From positions 1 to 38,238 of the IMG/VR virus record IMGVR_UViG_3300020280_000008: DNA of 38,238 nucleotides, one strand, 5' to 3'. Below the pieces are notes generated by a model. It did not search any database. It had not been told where the DNA came from and saw nothing but the letters and a program-made list of their open reading frames with translations. This document shows, piece after piece, positions 32,031 to 38,238 of this stretch. The DNA is from a virus. Taxonomy: Duplodnaviria; Caudoviricetes. Both the position numbers and the translations under genes were made by a program. The first letter of the stretch is position 1. Each line of letters begins with the position of its first letter.

Positions 32031-32054
32031 ATGGCAGTGCCCTGTGCTTATACT
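31997..32054 (+). promoter_or_regulatory. Early promoter with palindrome
   Basis: GGGACAGTG-ggta-AACTGTCAC (31997-32018); TTGAAT at 32027; TATACT at 32049. Confidence 0.65.
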
Positions 32055-32081
32055 GTACACATGACAAACGAACTTCCCACC

Positions 32082-32279
32082 ATGTTTCAAGACCGTTACG
32101 AGATCCGCGATGGGTTCATCATTAAGAAGGGCGAGACCGATCCCGCCATCTTCTCTGCCATGGAGAGCATCAAAGCAGAGATGCTGCGAGAAGCAGCATA
32201 CCGCAAGGACGTGCGTGAGGGTCGCATCCCTGCCCCCAGTGGACAGTGGGGAGTCTGGAACATCAGCGACCGCGACTGA
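32082..32279 (+). CDS. Hypothetical protein
   Basis: 65 aa ending WNISDRD; alternative start at 32061. Confidence 0.65.
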   Translation: MFQDRYEIRDGFIIKKGETDPAIFSAMESIKAEMLREAAYRKDVREGRIPAPSGQWGVWNISDRD

Positions 32280-32298
32280 TCGCCTGACCCCTTACAAT
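32240..32298 (+). promoter_or_regulatory. Early promoter with degenerate palindrome
   Basis: TGGACAGTG-ggga-GTCTGGAAC (32240-32261), 31-nt gap, TACAAT at 32293. Confidence 0.5.
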
Positions 32299-32321
32299 AC
32301 ACACAAGACACACGACGGACC

Positions 32322-33017
32322 ATGTGGATTGACGAGACCTCCGCCCCTCTCCATGCCGAGGAATGCCGCCCAACAAAACAGGACGGGTCAAAGCACCATG
32401 AACCAGGCATCATCTATTTCATGCTGTGCAAGTCAGACCACATCACCCGTGGGTATCTGGCAGGCGAGCATGATTGGGTCAGCGTCAAAGTTGGACTGGC
32501 AACGGGTGGCGAGAAGAATGCCTTCGCTACCCTGTCGGGTCATCGCACCAGCAACCCAGGCGACACGTACAACCACAACATGATCCCCGTCACCGATTGC
32601 GGTGCTGCAGAGACCGTGCTCCATGGTATGCTGTGGGCTGAGGGATATGGCACACTGGCAGCATACAACCGCAACGTGCCAACCGAGTGGCGTGATGCCT
32701 ACCACAACCAAGAGGGAGGCGGCGAGTGGTTCGTCATCCCCATGACTGAACTCAAGCGCATCGTGGCAATGTGGGAGGAGGCATTTCCCCACATGATCAA
32801 CCACGTCATCCCCACACGCTTCGGGACCAATGATGGGTGGATCGGTGAGAGCAAGTCTCGCACCTTGCGCCATGAGGTGCAGGAGGATGGCACAGTTCAG
32901 CAGGTCATCCGATCCAAGGCAGGTCGTCCCACCGAACCCAACGCCCTGCGCTTCGCTTGGCAGTATCGCGCCTGCACTGGGCACGCTCCCGAGGGAGACT
33001 GCTACCGCAGGTTCTGA
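32322..33017 (+). CDS. T5orf172/MUG113-like (GIY-YIG superfamily) domain protein
   Basis: GIIYFM...VKVGLA......L...RTSNP...AETVLH..L......GGEWF. Confidence 0.6.
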   Translation: MWIDETSAPLHAEECRPTKQDGSKHHEPGIIYFMLCKSDHITRGYLAGEHDWVSVKVGLATGGEKNAFATLSGHRTSNPGDTYNHNMIPVTDCGAAETVLHGMLWAEGYGTLAAYNRNVPTEWRDAYHNQEGGGEWFVIPMTELKRIVAMWEEAFPHMINHVIPTRFGTNDGWIGESKSRTLRHEVQEDGTVQQVIRSKAGRPTEPNALRFAWQYRACTGHAPEGDCYRRF

Positions 33018-33129
33018 CAGTATACCACAGTCTGGACAGTGGTTTGGGGTTGCCCCCGCCCCGATCGGGTCGCCAAGCGGTTTCAAAAAACCCAAACTAC
33101 CCTAACCTACAAAAGTATCCAGACGACCG

Positions 33130-33136
33130 ATAAATA
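33130..33136 (+). promoter_or_regulatory. Putative late promoter (ATAAATA)
   Basis: At the head of the baseplate gene block. Confidence 0.55.
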
Positions 33137-33195
33137 TATTTTGAAAATGGTTTTTTTAAAACCTTGAAATCCAAAAAAATTTCCCAGCAAAAATT

Positions 33196-33456
33196 ATGTC
33201 TGAAAACCTCGTTATTACTGAAGAGACTGTCATTGGTGATTTGAATAACCCTTTGAAGAAGGACCCCCAGTTCGTGCTCGCAGTGCATGAGCAACAGATC
33301 AATAAGATGGCAGATGTAATCCAAGAGATTGCCGAGCGCCTCGTAAGTCTTGAAGCAAAACTGATTGAAGTAGAAAACCTCATGAGGTTCCCTGACGGCG
33401 AGCATCCCCTTGATAAGTATCCTGAAGTATCTGGGAGACTGAACGTTGGATCCTAG
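33196..33456 (+). CDS. Hypothetical coiled-coil protein
   Basis: 86 aa with the heptad pattern INKMADVIQEIAERLVSLEAKL. Confidence 0.7.
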   Translation: MSENLVITEETVIGDLNNPLKKDPQFVLAVHEQQINKMADVIQEIAERLVSLEAKLIEVENLMRFPDGEHPLDKYPEVSGRLNVGS

Positions 33457-33712
33457 AAATTACTACGAAGAGATACTGAATAACTTTGACGCCTTCTGCG
33501 ACCAGTTTGAGGGAGCAGCAGCAAAAAGATTTGCAGGACTAGACAATGACTCAAGACAACCAATTGACAATGCAACAGTTCAACGAGCAACTCCAAGAGC
33601 TGCTAAAGAAGTTGACGACGGTGGAGAAGAGGGTATCCAACTTAGAGAACCCCCAATTGATGTACAAGCCGCCCCAGTCCCAGAACTACCAGACATTATC
33701 GGAGACGCTTGA
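33446..33712 (+). CDS. Hypothetical protein
   Basis: 88 aa with a TTG start after GGGAG; overlaps the next ORF. Confidence 0.45.
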   Translation: MDPRNYYEEILNNFDAFCDQFEGAAAKRFAGLDNDSRQPIDNATVQRATPRAAKEVDDGGEEGIQLREPPIDVQAAPVPELPDIIGDA

Positions 33713-33779
33713 CGATCTACATACAGAGGTAAGGATTCTGAAAGGACTAAGAGATGCCGAATGTAGCGAGGGAGGGTGA
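33546..33779 (+). CDS. Hypothetical coiled-coil protein
   Basis: 77 aa (LQELLKKLTTVEKRVSNLENPQLMYKPP). Confidence 0.65.
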   Translation: MTQDNQLTMQQFNEQLQELLKKLTTVEKRVSNLENPQLMYKPPQSQNYQTLSETLDDLHTEVRILKGLRDAECSEGG

Positions 33780-34068
33780 TACAGTAAACACTGGACATGG
33801 TTGTGATACCGTCGTAGAGATCCTGGAAGGGGACTCTACAGTGCTCGTGGAGGGGAAACCCGTAGCAGTGCAGTCCAGTCCCTTAGAACCCCACACAATC
33901 ACGAATCCAGCGGTTCCACCAATACCACCCTGCATTGATCACCCAGGACAGATTGTCAATGCAGGATCTGGTACAGTTATTGTAGGTGGTAAAGGTATTG
34001 CCAGGGTGGGCGACAGTGCAGATCTTGGCAGCATTGCTACAGGATCTAGTACAGTCATTGCAGGATAA
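33754..34068 (+). CDS. gp5.4: PAAR-repeat baseplate spike tip protein (T4 gp5.4-like)
   Basis: VAREGD...GHGC...GDSTVLVEGKPVA...GSGTVIVGGKGIARVGD...GSSTVIAG. Confidence 0.9.
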   Translation: MPNVAREGDTVNTGHGCDTVVEILEGDSTVLVEGKPVAVQSSPLEPHTITNPAVPPIPPCIDHPGQIVNAGSGTVIVGGKGIARVGDSADLGSIATGSSTVIAG

Positions 34069-34086
34069 TCAATCCTGTGTTATAGT
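34058..34086 (+). promoter_or_regulatory. Sigma70-type promoter TTGCAG-17-TATAGT with extended TG
   Basis: Directly upstream of the ORF at 34110. Confidence 0.5.
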
Positions 34087-34109
34087 AATTAAGTAATTCA
34101 TTCAAGATT

Positions 34110-34256
34110 ATGGCACGAAGCAAAGTTGGACTTTCTGGCGGACTTATGATTGAGTCCAAACCCAAGAAGACTCGTCAAGGATCGGGGCAGCATACAAAAT
34201 ACGCTGCCACTTCTCGGAATGGTAAGAAGAAGCGTTATCGCGGACAAGGTAGGTGA
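34110..34256 (+). CDS. Small basic protein
   Basis: 48 aa (MARSKVGL...KPKKTRQG...RNGKKKRYRGQGR); below the ORF-track cut-off. Confidence 0.75.
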   Translation: MARSKVGLSGGLMIESKPKKTRQGSGQHTKYAATSRNGKKKRYRGQGR

Positions 34257-34288
34257 TGACCGTAGCGCCGAAACTCCGAGGGATATAA

Positions 34289-34960
34289 ATGAATTTAATA
34301 TGTAACATACCTGCACAGAAGGTATGGGTAAGAAAAGAATATCTCCGCGATCATCAAGATGGGCACGGAGAGTTTGTAGAAGGTATTTGGGTATCTGCTA
34401 AAAGTATACCTGGACGTGCTTTTTACTTTGAGACGTACTTGCCTGAATACGGAGCAATGTATGATAAGTTACCCATTAGTGCGTTTGTACGATCCCCCAA
34501 AACCCCAGTCATAGACATGGATTTGGCGAATCTACAATTCTGGAATTGCATGGACTATGGAGTCATGGCAATCAACAAAGGATTCATTGCTCAGATGGAA
34601 GTAGAGATCTTTACTCGTGACCATGGGTTACAGAAAGGGAAATACTTGTTTACACTAGACAATTACCATGCAAATCCTGATGTGATAGATAATAATGTGA
34701 GCGAAACTCCACAGGAGCATAAGTCGCATAATTGCATTGCATTGAACAATGGTCAATACGCTTTGTATCCTAATAATAGGATGCGACTGTATGACCTCTC
34801 CTTGACTCCAGAACAACCTACATTCCCTGACTTTAAAGTATCTACCATAGAATACGAAGTTGAGGGTGGAACCGACTGGGGACGCCTTGGAGACACTGAT
34901 GATTATTTTTGGGAAACTAATGCTGAACGAAAACTACGGACGGAGAACTCAGATGGGTAA
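34289..34960 (+). CDS. Conserved hypothetical protein of marine T4-like phages
   Basis: 223 aa (VRKEYLRD..DGHGEF...KSIPGRAFYFE...EHKS...NGQYALYPNNR). Confidence 0.8.
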   Translation: MNLICNIPAQKVWVRKEYLRDHQDGHGEFVEGIWVSAKSIPGRAFYFETYLPEYGAMYDKLPISAFVRSPKTPVIDMDLANLQFWNCMDYGVMAINKGFIAQMEVEIFTRDHGLQKGKYLFTLDNYHANPDVIDNNVSETPQEHKSHNCIALNNGQYALYPNNRMRLYDLSLTPEQPTFPDFKVSTIEYEVEGGTDWGRLGDTDDYFWETNAERKLRTENSDG

Positions 34961-35105
34961 TTCACGAGTTGATAAAAGTCAACAATTCGTTGATGAGGGC
35001 ATGACTCTCATTACGGAAACTGATAGTGACAAGTATCTGAATATGGCGGCAAAGCGCAACCGTAACAAGAAAAAAGAAGAACTGTACCCAATGCCTGAAG
35101 AATGA
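34953..35105 (+). CDS. Small hypothetical protein
   Basis: 50 aa (MGNSRVDKS...GMTLITETDSD.YL), GGAG RBS. Confidence 0.6.
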   Translation: MGNSRVDKSQQFVDEGMTLITETDSDKYLNMAAKRNRNKKKEELYPMPEE

Positions 35106-35770
35106 ACAATAGAATGGTTGAAGTATCTAAACTTGACTTGTACCCCACTAGACTTATGGGGTTTAGATACAATCAATATAAAAAAATGAATATGAAGATT
35201 GTCAAATATCTTCTTAAAAAACGAGATGAAGAACCTGACAATAAACCTTATTCAATTGGTGGTGATGGATGGCATTCTAATTACAACTTAACTGACTTAG
35301 ACTATGATTGGTCTAGGGAGTTAAAAGAAATGATTCTTCAGGTAGTTGCCGATTACTCTCATGAACCGTGTGAAATTTTGCCTAATTTTAAATTAGAAAC
35401 TTGGGCAATGATTATTCCTTCTGGGGCGTACTCTAATTTACATAGTCATCCTGGTTGGTACATGAGCGGTGTGTATTATGTTAAAGTTCCTGAAGAACTA
35501 GAAAAGACTGCTCTGGAGAGTGGACATGGAAGTATTTCATTCCCTGATACTAGAGCAGGTGCTTGCGGAACGATGCATGAAGCAGCTACTTTCAAAGTTG
35601 CTCCTAGAGAAGGTGAAGGTGCTGTATTCCCAAGTTGGATGCCTCACTACGTTACTCCGTATCAAGGAAGTCCTAATGATTTACGCATAAGTATTTCGTG
35701 GAATATCATCTTTGATAGTAGGATGAACGGTGGAGACGTTATAGCTGGGGAAAAGACACTAAATAACTAG
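35102..35770 (+). CDS. 2OG-Fe(II) oxygenase-like protein (TIGR02466 family)
   Basis: WAMI...G.YS..HSHPG...SGVYYV..P...G.I.F.D.R...FPSW..HYV.P.....RISIS.N. Confidence 0.85.
   Translation: MNNRMVEVSKLDLYPTRLMGFRYNQYKKMNMKIVKYLLKKRDEEPDNKPYSIGGDGWHSNYNLTDLDYDWSRELKEMILQVVADYSHEPCEILPNFKLETWAMIIPSGAYSNLHSHPGWYMSGVYYVKVPEELEKTALESGHGSISFPDTRAGACGTMHEAATFKVAPREGEGAVFPSWMPHYVTPYQGSPNDLRISISWNIIFDSRMNGGDVIAGEKTLNN
35759..35765 (+). promoter_or_regulatory. Putative late promoter (CTAAATA)
   Basis: About 24 nt before the gp25 start. Confidence 0.55.
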
Positions 35771-35788
35771 TGACTCCGTATACTCTTA

Positions 35789-36184
35789 ATGGCAACGTCT
35801 AATCTCTCGTTTAGAGATGTCAATATTACCTTTAAGAAGCATCCTGTTACTGACGACGTAGTTGTTAGTAAGGACAATGCTGCTATTAAGCAAGCTATTG
35901 TCAATTTGATTCTCACCAATAAAGGTGAGCGTTTATTTAATCCAGATTACGGTTCAGACATTAGATCCTACTTGTTTGAACCGTTGGATTATGCAATTGC
36001 TGGTATCATTAAAAAGAACATGCAATTGTCCCTAGCAAAGTATGAACCTAGAATTAGAGTAACATCTATTGCATGTGTACCTAATTTTGAAGACAATGGG
36101 TTAGACGTTGAATTAACTTATGAAATAAGAGGAACCGATGTCCCCCCTGTTCAAATAGAGTTCTTCCTGTCTAGGACGAGATAA
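35789..36184 (+). CDS. gp25: Baseplate wedge subunit gp25
   Basis: HPVT.D......AIKQAI.NLILT.KGER.F.P.YGS.I...LFEP....YEPRI. Confidence 0.92.
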   Translation: MATSNLSFRDVNITFKKHPVTDDVVVSKDNAAIKQAIVNLILTNKGERLFNPDYGSDIRSYLFEPLDYAIAGIIKKNMQLSLAKYEPRIRVTSIACVPNFEDNGLDVELTYEIRGTDVPPVQIEFFLSRTR

Positions 36185-37986
36185 TGCCATATACCCAATT
36201 AAACAATCTAGACTTCTCTGAAATCAAGACTGCTCTCAAAGAATATATGAGAGCACAGTCAGATTTCACTGACTATGACTTTGAAGCATCTGCCTTAAGT
36301 CAGTTGTTGGATGTATTGGCGTATAACACCTACTACACGGCGTTCAACGCTAACATGGTAGTCAATGAGATGTTCCTTGACTCTGCTACCCTCAGAGACA
36401 ATGTAGTAGCGTTAGCGAAGCAATTAGGGTACACTCCTAGGTCAATAACATCCCCTAGAACAGACATTGGATTTAAAGTTAACTTTCCAGTTACAGCACC
36501 TGCTTCGGTAGAATTAAAAAGAGGAACAGGATTTGTAACAAATTACGACGGAACACTTTATCGTTATGTTTCATTAAAGTCTGTCAAAGCTCCTGTTGTT
36601 AACGGTGTAGCAACTTTTTCTGATGTTGCGTTACACGAAGGATCTTATGTCGTAAGTAACTATACTTTTGATGGAACATTAAAAGATCAAAAATTTAAGA
36701 TTCAGAATTCATCGGCAGATTTGTCTTCTCTAATTGTTAGAGTTTACGAGTCTGCCAATTCTAGTGTATATGATGAATATACAAGATCTGATAATCTTCT
36801 TTCAGTAGGAGCAGATGATAAAGTATTCTTCATCAGTGAAGTGGACGATGAGCAATATGAATTGTTCTTCGGTGATGGAGTTTTAGGTAAGAAGTTATCT
36901 GATGGTAATGTAATTGAAGTAAGTTATATCCTTACTAAAGGTCCACTGTCTAATGGCGCTAAATCATTCACCTTTAGTGGTGTATTGTTAGACGAGAATC
37001 AATTAAAGGTAACTGTACCATTTTCTGTAAATACTATTACAGTTGATTCTCCTTCACAAGGTGGATCTGAAATTGAAAGTATTGATACAATTAAATATAA
37101 TGCACCTAAGTCATATGGTGCTCAGAATAGAGCAGTAACATCAAATGACTATGCTGCTATCGTAAGAAACTTATATCCTGCAATTGCAGATATTATTGTA
37201 TTTGGTGGGGAAGATCAAGTTCCTCCTGAGTATGGTAAAGTATTTCTTGCAGTAAAACCATCTCAGGCAAATGCACTGTCTTCAGCAACTAAAAAAGATT
37301 TAACTGACAGATTAAAGCAATATACTGTTGCTTCAGTAAAACCTGTATTTGTAGATCCATCTCTTTTGTTTATTGAGATTGATAGTAAAATTTATTTTGA
37401 TGGTTCTAAGACAAATATGTTGCCTGCAGAGGTTGCAGCAAAAGTTTCAACAGGAGTTAGTGAATACCTTGAGACTTCAGGTACTGAAAAGTTTAATGGT
37501 AAATTTAGATACAGTAAATTCATTGGTGTAATTGATGGTTCTGATCGTGCTGTCAATTCAAATATTACCGAAGTTACTCTAAGAAAAGATTTTTACGCTC
37601 AGATTAACGCATCTGCTTATTACGAGATTTGTTATCAGAATGAGTTCTTGAAAGATTGTGATGGTCCTGTAGTAACATCTACTGGTATGACTGTTTTTGA
37701 ACATCCAAACCACACCTCCTATCTGGAAGATAGGGATGGCAAAATCGTCCTATATAGACTAGATTCGCTAACTGGAGATAAAATTCTCCTGAACGATTCT
37801 GTTGGAGATATTGATTATAAACACGGTGAAATTAAATTATACGACTTCACAATTTTGAAAGGAACATTTTCAGACAATCGTATTGAACTGAGAGTAAAAC
37901 CTGCTAGTAATGATGTTGAGGTTAAGCGTGAAGTATATCTAGATGTAGATATCTCAAAGAGTACATTTGTAGCATACAAAGAGTAG
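36184..37986 (+). CDS. gp6: Baseplate wedge subunit gp6
   Basis: LDF.EIK..LK.Y......FTDYDFE.S.L..LLDVLAYNTYY; FGDGVLGKK; QNRAVT..DY. Confidence 0.93.
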   Translation: MPYTQLNNLDFSEIKTALKEYMRAQSDFTDYDFEASALSQLLDVLAYNTYYTAFNANMVVNEMFLDSATLRDNVVALAKQLGYTPRSITSPRTDIGFKVNFPVTAPASVELKRGTGFVTNYDGTLYRYVSLKSVKAPVVNGVATFSDVALHEGSYVVSNYTFDGTLKDQKFKIQNSSADLSSLIVRVYESANSSVYDEYTRSDNLLSVGADDKVFFISEVDDEQYELFFGDGVLGKKLSDGNVIEVSYILTKGPLSNGAKSFTFSGVLLDENQLKVTVPFSVNTITVDSPSQGGSEIESIDTIKYNAPKSYGAQNRAVTSNDYAAIVRNLYPAIADIIVFGGEDQVPPEYGKVFLAVKPSQANALSSATKKDLTDRLKQYTVASVKPVFVDPSLLFIEIDSKIYFDGSKTNMLPAEVAAKVSTGVSEYLETSGTEKFNGKFRYSKFIGVIDGSDRAVNSNITEVTLRKDFYAQINASAYYEICYQNEFLKDCDGPVVTSTGMTVFEHPNHTSYLEDRDGKIVLYRLDSLTGDKILLNDSVGDIDYKHGEIKLYDFTILKGTFSDNRIELRVKPASNDVEVKREVYLDVDISKSTFVAYKE

Positions 37987-37989
37987 TAG

Positions 37990-38238
37990 ATGTTGAAAAC
38001 TGCTAATAAAATCTCATATCTAGTTGAGTCTCAGCTACCCGACTTCATCAATGAAGAGTACGAACTTTTTGGCAAGTTTGTAAAAAAATACTATGAGCAA
38101 TTAGAATTACAAGGTCAACCCCTTGACATTATTACGAACCTTGAAACGTATCGTGATATTGATTTTTATGAGACAAATATTCTTAAGCAGTCAACTACTC
38201 TCTCTGGATCTTTAGGACAATCAGATACAACTATTACA
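37990..38238 (+). CDS. Baseplate wedge protein (gp7-like), 3'-truncated
   Basis: MLKTANKISYLVESQLPDFI.EEY..F..FV..YY; follows gp6 and is open to the window end. Confidence 0.7.
   Translation, partial: MLKTANKISYLVESQLPDFINEEYELFGKFVKKYYEQLELQGQPLDIITNLETYRDIDFYETNILKQSTTLSGSLGQSDTTIT

Noticed and set aside
20016-32261. The 22-bp palindromes as a CRISPR array, or as CRP/NtcA sites
   Set aside because: The copies are degenerate and separated by whole genes, with no cas genes. They do not fit TGTGA-N6-TCACA or GTA-N8-TAC.
32110-33105. Long alternative ORFs (32110-32583 +, 32433-33095 -, 32830-33105 +)
   Set aside because: Expected in GC-rich DNA; the 32322-33017 frame carries the recognisable domain and the promoter.
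1-38238. tRNA/rRNA genes, introns, inteins, diversity-generating retroelement, integrase or IS
   Set aside because: No cloverleaf, splice motifs, reverse transcriptase, template/variable repeat pair, transposase or integrase was recognised by eye; tRNAscan and Rfam were not run.

Overview
The window is a segment of a T4-like marine cyanophage genome (myovirus); the GC-rich early genes suggest a Synechococcus-type host. Essentially all genes are on the + strand, in three blocks. (1) 1-19.2 kb, late virion genes: a 5'-truncated giant structural protein (>3,650 aa), three consecutive tail-collar fibre proteins and a tail-assembly-chaperone-like protein. (2) 19.4-33.0 kb, an early/accessory region of about 45 mostly small ORFs. 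It has many sigma70-like promoters, 12 of them preceded by the same 22-bp imperfect palindrome, plus 2OG-Fe(II)/cupin oxygenases, KTSC-like, AbrB-like, HEXXH and nuclease-like genes, a candidate origin-like locus at 28.3-28.6 kb and a GC-rich end. (3) 33.2-38.2 kb, late baseplate genes: PAAR gp5.4, gp25, gp6 and the start of a further wedge protein. The most striking observation is that the giant virion protein holds five phycobiliprotein-like (globin-fold) units with cysteines in register with both bilin-attachment sites. The units appear nested: five N-halves are followed by five C-terminal helices. All family calls come from motif recognition and recalled reference sequences; no searches were run.
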